A DNA stretch of 63,838 nucleotides, counting the filler, from Coriobacteriales bacterium (lineage in GTDB: Bacteria; Actinomycetota; Coriobacteriia; Coriobacteriales; UBA8131): NCBI GenBank assembly GCA_031263105.1. It is 5 parts of 5 records of this genome, joined end to end, with 100 filler letters (N's around TTAATTAATTAA, not from the genome) between each part and the next. Parts side by side here need not be neighbours in the genome. Positions count along the whole stretch, not along the records: positions 1 to 19,657 come from JAISGJ010000193.1; 4 more parts are not named here. One strand, written 5' to 3'. Shown here piece after piece: positions 1 to 7,487 of the stretch; within the stretch, counting starts at the first letter, position 1; every line of letters begins with the position of its first letter. The notes beneath the pieces were generated by a model, which searched no databases, was not told the DNA's origin, and saw nothing but the letters and a program-made list of their open reading frames with translations. The position numbers and the translations under genes are program-made.

Positions 1-49
1 AGGATGAGCCTTGACGGACAAAAGCGGTTCACCTTGGCACGCGTCCCCT

Positions 50-232
50 GTTACAGTTCACGCCCCACTGTCATTCCTCGGCTGCGCTGCGCTGCGCTCG
101 GAATGACAGTGGGACAGCCGAGGAATCTTTGGACACGCAGTGTCCAACGGTAGGTCAGGGGCCCCTTCGACCTGCGGTCGACCGCTGGCGCGGTCGAGGA
201 TTCCTCGACAGGCTCGGAATGACAGTGGGGGT
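50..232. repeat. Family-2 palindromic element (CCCCACTGTCATTCC...GGAATGACAGTGGGG) with internal hairpins
   Basis: Left end GTTACAGTTCAC. Arms TGTCATTCC/GGAATGACA. Internal modules TTGGACACGCAGTGTCCAA and GCGGTCGACCGC are shared with copies at 7115, 8277, 21672 and 27430. Confidence 0.85.
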
Positions 233-246
233 CCGTGGAGGGTGAG

Positions 247-275
247 TGTGACAAGGGAACGGTTCTCCTGTCACA
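247..275. repeat. Family-1 REP-like hairpin (GTGACA-AGGGAACGGTTCTCC-TGTCAC)
   Basis: Same architecture as the REPs flanking the RAYT gene. Confidence 0.65.
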
Positions 276-300
276 TGACGACATCAAGGACGCCGATAGT

Positions 301-1383
301 TCAGAGGAAGTAGCTCTGGCGGGCGGACTCGAACTGCTCGAGGAAAAGGCGCTTGTACCAGTAGAGGCTGTGCTGCTCGTCCGTCAGCAAGACGGCCTTC
401 TTGTAGGCGAGCTCCCGGACGCTGCGGTAGGACAGCGGCGCATAGCCCTGCGCCATCAGCACGGCGTTGCCGGTGAGCCTTGCCGTGCGCTTGTTGCCGT
501 CGGAGAAGGGCTGCAGGAAGGCGATCATGGCCGATGCGACGATTGCCGCCTCCACCGGGTGCCGCTTGGCGTTGGCAATGCGCAGCGCCTCGGCGAGGTA
601 TTCGCGCAGCTCGCCTTCGCTTGCCGGGGGCAGGTAGCTGGTGCCGGTGATCCCCACCGGCTGTCGTCGAAGGCCGCTGCCTGTCCCCAGGTCGCGCACC
701 AGCAGCCTGTGCACGGCCAGCACGCCGTCTACGCCCAGCCGCTTGAACTCCTCGCGCCTGCTCCAGACGTGATCCAGGGCGTCCTTGTGGTTGAGAATCA
801 TCTGTGCCTCTTTGGAGGCATGGCCAGACGCCCCTCTGGCTGTCTTGAGCAGCTCTTCGGTTTCTAACAGGGAGTAGGTGTTGCCCTCCATGGCTGAAGA
901 TCTCCAAGCCAGCTCAACGGTGAAGCGCTCGCGCTCGCGCCGCAGAATGTCCGGCTCGCGGCTGGACAGACGGGCCTGAAAGGCGTCGTTGGTTGCGTCT
1001 AATTGCGCCCGCTCCTCCGAGTTCAGCAGCGTGTGCTCGCTGAGTTGGGCCAGAAAGCCTGAGATGCTCTGCTCCGTCAGCGGTCGGTCGTCAGCCTCGT
1101 AGGAGAAATAGGCATCCAGGTCGAAATAGCTCAGCAGCTGGCCGGCTGCCCTCGCCCTATAGCGTGTGGCCGGGCCTTTGCCCGCTGCCTGCACCAGGCC
1201 CTGAGCCTGCAAGGCGTTCAGGTCACGGATGATGGTGGCCCTCGAGGCTGGAAAGCTGCCCCGGAGCAGCCCGGCCAGGTCGTCGCGGGATACGCCTCCG
1301 GCCTGCTGCTCAATGGCAAGGAGCAGAGCCTTCTGACGCAGGGTCAGCTGAGGGCTGTCGCCTGTGGCGTTGCTCTCGTTCAT
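301..1383 (-). CDS. Fic/Doc family protein with N-terminal winged HTH
   Basis: Fic-like motif QPFSDGNKRTAR, class II inhibitory motif SSAMEGN, N-terminal HTH (SRATIIRDLNAL). Confidence 0.9.
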   Translation of the reverse strand: MNESNATGDSPQLTLRQKALLLAIEQQAGGVSRDDLAGLLRGSFPASRATIIRDLNALQAQGLVQAAGKGPATRYRARAAGQLLSYFDLDAYFSYEADDRPLTEQSISGFLAQLSEHTLLNSEERAQLDATNDAFQARLSSREPDILRRERERFTVELAWRSSAMEGNTYSLLETEELLKTARGASGHASKEAQMILNHKDALDHVWSRREEFKRLGVDGVLAVHRLLVRDLGTGSGLRRQPVGITGTSYLPPASEGELREYLAEALRIANAKRHPVEAAIVASAMIAFLQPFSDGNKRTARLTGNAVLMAQGYAPLSYRSVRELAYKKAVLLTDEQHSLYWYKRLFLEQFESARQSYFL

Positions 1384-1555
1384 GCCGGACCCGCTATCGT
1401 CTCACCGCATCCTCAGTCATCGTCTCATTATACGACGACTCCTCCCCCGACAGTGAGACGATTCTGGCAAGTCCTGAGCAGGTGCAGCAAGACAGGCAGA
1501 AGGGCTTGCAAGGGGAGGCTTGCAAGGGGAGATGTCAAGGGGACGAAAGCACATC

Positions 1556-1584
1556 TTGCAACAATGTAGACTGTGGTATACAAT
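1556..1584 (+). promoter_or_regulatory. Putative sigma70 promoter of the addiction module
   Basis: TTGCAA (1556-1561), 17 bp, TACAAT (1579-1584), just upstream of ATG 1594. Confidence 0.55.
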
Positions 1585-1593
1585 AACTCTGTT

Positions 1594-1887
1594 ATGGATG
1601 TCCGCCGCACAGATGAGTTTGCTGACTGGCTGAAGCGCTTGCGCGATGCCGATGCCAGAGCACGCATCAATCTACGGATTGACAGGATTGAGATGACCGG
1701 CAATTTCGGCGATGCCGAGTCGGTCGGAGACGGCGTAAGCGAGCTGAAGGTCGACTGTGGCCCAGGCTACAGGCTTTACTTCGCCTATCGCGGCAAAGAA
1801 GTCATCCTACTGCTGGCCGGAGGGGACAAATCCTCCCAGCAAAGGGACATCGGGAAGGCCAGGAAACTGAACGAAGAGTATGAGTAG
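1594..1887 (+). CDS. Type II TA toxin, RelE/HigB-like addiction module killer protein (HI1419-type)
   Basis: GNFGD..VGDGVSEL.VD.GPGYRLYF...LLLAGGDKSSQ signature; toxin-first order. Confidence 0.9.
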   Translation: MDVRRTDEFADWLKRLRDADARARINLRIDRIEMTGNFGDAESVGDGVSELKVDCGPGYRLYFAYRGKEVILLLAGGDKSSQQRDIGKARKLNEEYE

Positions 1888-1903
1888 AGTGCGAGGCGAG
1901 ACT

Positions 1904-2188
1904 ATGAGAACAGCAGCAAAATGGGACACGGCAGAGTTCCTTGTCAGCGACGAGGACGTCGTCGCCTACCTCAACGCCGCCCTGGAAGACGGCGACCAGG
2001 CCCTCGTCGCAGCAGCGCTCGGCAACATCGCCCGCGCCAGGGGCATGACCCAGCTTGCCAAAGAGACGGGCATCACCCGCGACGGGCTTTACAAGGCGCT
2101 TTCTCCAGACGGCAACCCGTCGTTCAACACCGTTCAACGAGTCGTGAAGGCGCTGGGGCTCAAGCTGGACGTTGCTGTTCCTGTGTGA
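1904..2188 (+). CDS. Addiction module antidote protein (HI1420-type, Xre HTH)
   Basis: YLNAALEDGD...ALGNIARARGMTQLA.ETG..R..LYKALS..GNPSF signature. Alternative start at 1880. Confidence 0.9.
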   Translation: MRTAAKWDTAEFLVSDEDVVAYLNAALEDGDQALVAAALGNIARARGMTQLAKETGITRDGLYKALSPDGNPSFNTVQRVVKALGLKLDVAVPV

Positions 2189-2325
2189 TTGCAGGATGAG
2201 ATATAACGAGACAATCGCCGAGTTGGAGGGCAGAGGCAGCCTGGACGGCTGGAAAGAAGTTCCCAGTTCGGAGATGCTGGAGGACCGCTTGGTCGCCATG
2301 CGCCAGCTTCAGGCCTTCGATGGGC

Positions 2326-2614
2326 ACCTGGAGCGGGGGAAACCGACCGCCGAGATCGAGAAGGCGATCACGGTCCTCAACACCTTGGGCCTCGACCTCA
2401 TCGTCAGCGACAGGGAGAGAGGCGCGCAATGACCCTTGCCGTCAGGCTGCAGATGCGCGGCATTTTCCAGACGGTCGGCAGCGTCGACGTCACCGCCGAG
2501 AACGACGCCAGGTTCACCTACTCAGACGAGTGGTGCGGCCATCCGAGCAACCCGCCGCTCTCACTGTCGCTGCCACTGAGGAAGGGGAGCTTTCGAAAGC
2601 CAGAAAACGCGTGA
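2326..2614 (+). pseudogene. Partial duplicate of the hipB 3' end and hipA 5' end
   Basis: About 255 bp closely matching 4153-4410 (LERGKPTAEIEKAITVLNTLGLDLIVSDRE; MTL.VRLQ.RG.FQTVGS...NPPLSLSLPL), then diverges and stops. Confidence 0.85.
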
Positions 2615-2673
2615 GAAGGGAAGCGGTATGCAGGATGTCTCCGACAGTGTCTCCTTGCAAGAGCATCCCGACG

Positions 2674-2860
2674 CGTGACAAAGCGCGTGACAAAGGGACG
2701 GTACTGCGCGTGACAAAGCGCGTGACAAAGCGCGTGACAAAGGCGCGTGACAAAGCGTGACAAAGAGCGTGACAAAGAGCGTGACAAAGGGACGGTACTG
2801 TTTAGCGTGACAAAGAGCGTGACAAAGGAGCGTGACAAAGGGACGGTACTGTTTTGTCAC
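2674..2860 (+). repeat. Array of 12 CGTGACAAAG units ending in a full family-1 REP (GTGACAAAGGGACGGTACTGTTTTGTCAC)
   Basis: Read directly. The RAYT stop codon (2857-2859) lies within the terminal REP arm. Confidence 0.9.
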
Positions 2861-3609
2861 ATTCTCGCAATCACCCCTCTGGAGATTCCCGTGACCCTCT
2901 CAATCTGTCGGATGGAAAATCCGCCCTTGCGCAGCGCCATAAGGAGCAAATTCCGCTCCTGCTTGTCAAGGCCGATGACAGCCGAGGGTTCGATTCCGCC
3001 AAGAGCCTCGATCATCCCGGCCCTTGCCTGCTCCTCGCTCCTCCTTCGCCTATCCGGCAATGATCGATCGACATCGTCTAGAGCTTTGTGGAATTCAATG
3101 AACTGCCTGACGGCCTCCTCCCTGTTTTCGGAGAACATGTCGAGCATTAGCTCGATGTCGGACAGGGTCGTTGAGCTTGAGGTGTAGTCGCGATAGCTGC
3201 TCCACGGGTAGTCTGCGATAAACCTCGTGACGCCGGCTTTGAGAGGATTTTGGTGAATGTAGCGGGCGAGTATAAGAAGATACGAATTGTCCTCTACGCA
3301 TTCGCTTTTGTATCGATTCGAGATGAGTGAGCCGCTGCGCTGGTACTTCTTGTTGAACCAGCAGGCGTAGCTCACGAGCAGCCGTCGCATGGCATGGGTT
3401 ATATCGCCCGGTTTGCTTTCTTGAATGAGGAGGTGCGCGTGATTGCTCATCAGGCAGTATGCGTATAGGTCAATCGGCAGTTCGGCTTTGATGACCGCGA
3501 GGGTTTTGAGGAGTCTCTCATAATCCTCCCGTTCCTCGAAAAGATGGCAGTGGTTCACTCCCCTGAAGACGATGTGATAGAAACCGGACTTGCTGAGTCT
3601 GCGCGGCAA
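2857..3609 (-). mobile_element. REP-associated tyrosine transposase (RAYT; Y1 HUH, IS200-like) with C-terminal HTH
   Basis: YHIVFRG, HUH motif NHAHLL, YIHQNP catalytic Tyr, YPWSS; C-terminal SIRQIERVTGISRG helix-turn-helix; flanked by REPs. Confidence 0.9.
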
Positions 3610-3662
3610 TCTGCTAATGGTCGTCGCCTCTCTGTATGGTAGGTACAGGACTTAATAATAAT

Positions 3663-3692
3663 ATAGTAACATATCATTAAGTGATGTGTCAA
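3663..3692 (-). promoter_or_regulatory. Putative RAYT promoter with its -35 inside the upstream REP
   Basis: Minus strand TTGACA (3692-3687), 18 bp, TGn-TACTAT (3668-3663). Confidence 0.55.
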
Positions 3693-3884
3693 AGCAGTAC
3701 CGTCCCTCTGTCAAAAGTGATGTGTCAAAACAGTACCGTCCCTCTGTCAACCCCCGTCCCTCTGTCAACCCTCTGTCAACCCCTCTGTCAACCCTGTCAA
3801 CCAGTCCCTCTGTCAACCACTCTGTCAACCACCGTCCCTCTGTCAACCTCTGTCAAAACACTCTGTCACTGTCCCTCTGTCACT
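3683..3884 (-). repeat. Two full family-1 REPs followed by about 10 truncated CTGTCAACC-ended copies
   Basis: GTGTCAAA(G/A)CAGTACCGTCCCTCTGTCAA occurs twice, followed by nested truncations. Mirror image of the 2674-2860 array. Confidence 0.9.
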
Positions 3885-4022
3885 CTCTCGGTAGCTCAAG
3901 TCGAAGGTAGCCGTGAGGTACGGTGAATCGCGCCGAGCCTTGCGTTTCTGGAAAGCTATTGCGAACGGTATAATCCATCACGTATACTGATAGAATATCG
4001 CGTTCGAGAGAATCGAGGAGCC

Positions 4023-4259
4023 ATGGTCCCTACTGCCAAGATACTGTCGGCGGCTGACTTCGGTGCCGTTGTGCGCGAGAAGCGCAAGGCGCTTGGCTAC
4101 ACCCAGTCCTCGGTGGCCGCCTACTCGGGCTGCGGAGTGATGTTCGTGTCCAACCTGGAGCGGGGGAAGCCGACCGCCGAGATCGAGAAGGCCATCACGG
4201 TCCTCAACACCTTGGGCCTCGACCTCATCGTCAGCGACAGGGAGAGAGGCACGCAATGA
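4023..4259 (+). CDS. hipB: HipB-like Xre HTH antitoxin
   Basis: 78-aa HTH (LGYTQ..VA..SG...FVSNLERGKPT); ATGA overlap with hipA. Confidence 0.85.
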   Translation: MVPTAKILSAADFGAVVREKRKALGYTQSSVAAYSGCGVMFVSNLERGKPTAEIEKAITVLNTLGLDLIVSDRERGTQ

Positions 4260-5545
4260 CCCTCTCCGTCAGGCTGCAAAGGCGCGGCGTTTTCCAGACG
4301 GTCGGCAGCATCGAAGTCGTCGCCGAGAACAACGGCAGGTTCACCTACTCCGACGAGTGGTGCAGCCGTCCGAGCAACCCACCGCTCTCACTGTCGCTGC
4401 CACTGAAGAGGAGGAGCTCTCATTCGGCGCTGATGCGGCCATATTTCGAAGGGCTTCTTCCTGAGGCCGATGCCCGTAAGGCGATTGCCGACAAGCTCGG
4501 CATCTCCGAGCATTCGTATCTCCACATCCTGCAGGCGCTGGGAGACGAATGCATCGGGGCCGTAACGGTCACAGACGCATCTGGTGCCGAGCATGCGCCA
4601 GAGCCAAGATACCAGGCGATGGGCCCGAAGGAGCTTCGGGCGCTGTCCGACAGAAGCTTCGCCGAGACGGCAATCCTCGCCGAGCGCTCGCGGCTCTCGC
4701 TTTCCGGCGGCCAGGCCAAGGCCGGCCTTTACCAAGGCCTTGACGGCTCGTGGTACCTGCCGACCGGCACGGCCCCTTCTACGCACATCGTCAAGCCCAG
4801 CAGCGCCCGCTTCCCGGACATCGTCATCAACGAGGCCATCTGCATGATGGCCGCCGAGAAATGCGGGATACCCGCTGCCAAGGTGGAGGTCTTCGACACG
4901 GGCCGCTCGCCCCTGCTCAGCATTGCCCGCTTCGACAGGACAGGCGGGCTCGGGTCGATCAGTGCCGGCTTTGCCTCCGGCCTGCCCATGCCGCTCAGGC
5001 TGCACCAGGAAGACCTCTGCCAGGCACTCGGCGTGCTGTCTTCCAGCAAGTACGAGTCCAGAGAAAGCCGGTACCTCTCCAAGGCAGCCAAGCTGATCCG
5101 AGGCCACTCTGTCAGGCCCGTGCGAGACATCAAGCACTTTTGGGACTCGATCGCCTTCAACTACCTTATCGGCAATTGCGACAACCACATCAAGAACTAT
5201 TCCCTGGTATACGATGAGGAGATGGAGCATCTGCGGCTTGCGCCCTGCTACGACCTCGTCTGCACGACTATGTATCCAGAGCTCTCCAGAGACATGGGCA
5301 TCCATATTGGCTCCAAGCTCGACATCGACTCAATCGAACCTGCGGATTTCGGGGAATTGGCCGACGTTTTGACCCTTGGCAGAGAAGAGGCGTTCTCACG
5401 GCTTGACGCTGTGCGGGCAAGGCTCGTCGATGCCCTCGAACAGGCAACCGACAGCCTTGCAGCCCAAGGCCACAAAGACGCAAGGCGGGTCGGTAAGGCG
5501 ATTCTGGGCAGCGCCAAGGACAGATTGGGCAAGCCGAGAGCGTGA
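4256..5545 (+). CDS. hipA: HipA family Ser/Thr kinase toxin
   Basis: PLSLSLP, FEGLLPE, SLSGGQAK P-loop, RLHQEDLCQALG, IGNCDNHIKNYS, LAPCYDLV. Confidence 0.95.
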   Translation: MTLSVRLQRRGVFQTVGSIEVVAENNGRFTYSDEWCSRPSNPPLSLSLPLKRRSSHSALMRPYFEGLLPEADARKAIADKLGISEHSYLHILQALGDECIGAVTVTDASGAEHAPEPRYQAMGPKELRALSDRSFAETAILAERSRLSLSGGQAKAGLYQGLDGSWYLPTGTAPSTHIVKPSSARFPDIVINEAICMMAAEKCGIPAAKVEVFDTGRSPLLSIARFDRTGGLGSISAGFASGLPMPLRLHQEDLCQALGVLSSSKYESRESRYLSKAAKLIRGHSVRPVRDIKHFWDSIAFNYLIGNCDNHIKNYSLVYDEEMEHLRLAPCYDLVCTTMYPELSRDMGIHIGSKLDIDSIEPADFGELADVLTLGREEAFSRLDAVRARLVDALEQATDSLAAQGHKDARRVGKAILGSAKDRLGKPRA

Positions 5546-5829
5546 CACGACGCGTCAAAGGGGTGTGAGCACCTTTTGTAGCAGAAGAGACAAGGCTTCT
5601 GCCGTGCCTATCCGCTCTCGTGTCACCCGCATGAAATCCTTGTGTGACAGACAACGGTACTGAAAGTGATAAAGTGGAAGCGGTGGCCCGACGAGCCGGG
5701 AAGAAACGTATGGAAGGTTCGACCGTCCTGCGGACGGTCGAAGGAGCAGCGAGCCTGCGAGCGCGACGAGTAGGTCGGCGAACGCGCGAAGGCGGCGACT
5801 GAGGGAAACATATGGAAGGAGACGGCACC

Positions 5830-6018
5830 ATGACGGACGTGCAGAAGGTGGAGAGGATCAAGGCCCTCATCGAGGAGATCAACGAACTTTCGGCGGAGCT
5901 TTCGGAGGACGAGCTCGAGCAGGTCGCGGGCGGCAGTGGCCCCTGCGGCTGCATCGGCCCCGGCCTCGGCAAGGTCGACCCCGACACCAAGGGGCGCTAT
6001 GAAAAGAACTTCGTCTGA
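5830..6018 (+). CDS. Small peptide with a Nif11/double-glycine-type leader (putative RiPP or bacteriocin precursor)
   Basis: ELSEDELEQVAGG cleavage motif, then 27-aa core SGPCGCIGPGLGKVDPDTKGRYEKNFV. Shine-Dalgarno (SD) AAGGAG before ATG 5830; host-like codon usage. Confidence 0.7.
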   Translation: MTDVQKVERIKALIEEINELSAELSEDELEQVAGGSGPCGCIGPGLGKVDPDTKGRYEKNFV

Positions 6019-6084
6019 CGGCGGCACTCTAAACGCCCGCATGTGCCAGGGACGTGTGCCAAGGGGACGCACGTCCTGACAGCC

Positions 6085-7095
6085 TCAAAAGGATGTCAGC
6101 AGGTCGGCGAGGCGGTGCCAGGGCAGGCCGATCACGTTCTCGAGGTCACCGTCGATGCGCGTGATGTGGCGTGCCCACATGCCCTGCGCCGCATAGGCGC
6201 CCGCCTTGTCGTAAGGTGGCTCGGCCTTGAGAAAGGCCTCTATGTCGTCTGACGAGTAGTCGCCGAACCGCACCGTCGAGACATCCACGAAGGAGGTCGT
6301 CTCGCCGCCCGGCATGCGGATAACCGCCACGCCCGTGTACACCTGGTGGGCGGCGTTCCGCAACGCCTCCAGCATCGCCACGGCCTCGTCATGCCCCTCC
6401 GGCTTGCCCAGCACCCCGACGTTCTCCTTATATACGATGGTGTCGGCAGCCACGACCACCGCCCCCTGCGGCAGGGCGTCCGACCCTCCCGATGGCATCC
6501 GCCCTGAGCCGGGCGGCCCGTCGGCCACAAGGCACCGGTAGACGTCGTTGGCCTTGCGCAGCGCCAGCGCTTCGGCCCTGTCGCCCGGTGCCAGGGCCGC
6601 GCCCCCGTCGGCGTCGGCAAGGCGCTCGTCCACCTGCGGCAGGACGACCGTCGGCACTATGCCGTGCGCCCGCAGAATCGCCTCGCGCCTGGGCGAGCCG
6701 GACGCCAGTATGACCTCGATCCTGTTTGCCCCTTCTGTCGCGTCCGCGTCATACGGGGGCCTGAAAGGCCGCCACTCGCCGCCCGTCAGGATCTCCCAGG
6801 TGTCGAATTCCGGTCTGCCGATGTCGCGACCCTTGATTCTTACGGGCATGAGGTAGTCGTGGTTGCAGGAATCCAGAGGCTCAGGCACAGAAATCCAGTC
6901 ATCTGCCTGGATATGGTATACGTCGACACAGTGTCTTTCTGCCTCATCCAACTTCTCGTACCATTCGCTGAGAACACTGTTGCAGTCCACTATCGTATCG
7001 TATCCATACAGATAGACGCCGTTGCCGCATGCGCACAGCATGACTTTCTTGAGACCCGTCTCGTTTTCGGCTGAGACGAACGCCATCTTTCTCAT
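6085..7095 (-). CDS. maf: Maf family nucleotide pyrophosphatase fused to an extra ~115-aa N-terminal domain
   Basis: VILASGSPRR, VVAADTIV, LGKP, H.VYTGV, YDKAGAYAAQG, DGD..NVIGLP. The Maf domain starts near residue 128. Confidence 0.85.
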   Translation of the reverse strand: MRKMAFVSAENETGLKKVMLCACGNGVYLYGYDTIVDCNSVLSEWYEKLDEAERHCVDVYHIQADDWISVPEPLDSCNHDYLMPVRIKGRDIGRPEFDTWEILTGGEWRPFRPPYDADATEGANRIEVILASGSPRREAILRAHGIVPTVVLPQVDERLADADGGAALAPGDRAEALALRKANDVYRCLVADGPPGSGRMPSGGSDALPQGAVVVAADTIVYKENVGVLGKPEGHDEAVAMLEALRNAAHQVYTGVAVIRMPGGETTSFVDVSTVRFGDYSSDDIEAFLKAEPPYDKAGAYAAQGMWARHITRIDGDLENVIGLPWHRLADLLTSF

Positions 7096-7114
7096 TGCTG
7101 CCTGCTCCTGTTCC

Positions 7115-7391
7115 GTTACCGTTCACACCCCCACTGTCATTCCGAGCCCCGCCGAGGAATCTTTGGACACGCAGTGTCCAACGGCAGGCCAGGGGCCCCT
7201 CGACCTGCGGTCGACCGCTTGCGCGGTCGAGGATCCCTCGGCAGGCTCGGGATGACAGTGGGGGCAGGCTCGGGATGACAGTGGGGGCAGGCTCAAGAAG
7301 ACAGTGGGGGCAGGCTCGGGATGACAGTGGGGGCAGGCTCGGGATGACAGTGGGGGCAGGCTCGGGATGACAGTGGGGTGTGAACTGTAGC
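7115..7391. mobile_element. Family-2 MITE-like element with terminal inverted repeats (TIRs) and an 8-bp flanking direct repeat
   Basis: GTTACCGTTCACAC...GTGTGAACTGTAGC. CCTGTTCC at 7107-7114 and 7392-7399. Tandem GGCAGGCTCGGGATGACAGTGGG units. Confidence 0.8.
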
Positions 7392-7487
7392 CCTGTTCCT
7401 TGTGCGGAATACTGGCTACTATACACCCTAATTGAAGCGTCTTTCAGGTATATAATAGAAGGAAAGAAGAAAGGGTGGTGGGTCCAT

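Noticed and set aside
51..287. Short ORFs with CHPEP/LSSRA/ARDDS peptides throughout the ORF track
   Set aside because: Translations of family-2 repeats, not genes, except where fused in frame to xdhC and dnaX.
2674..3884. Repeat arrays as CRISPR
   Set aside because: No unique spacers of regular length and no cas genes; the units are truncations of one REP.
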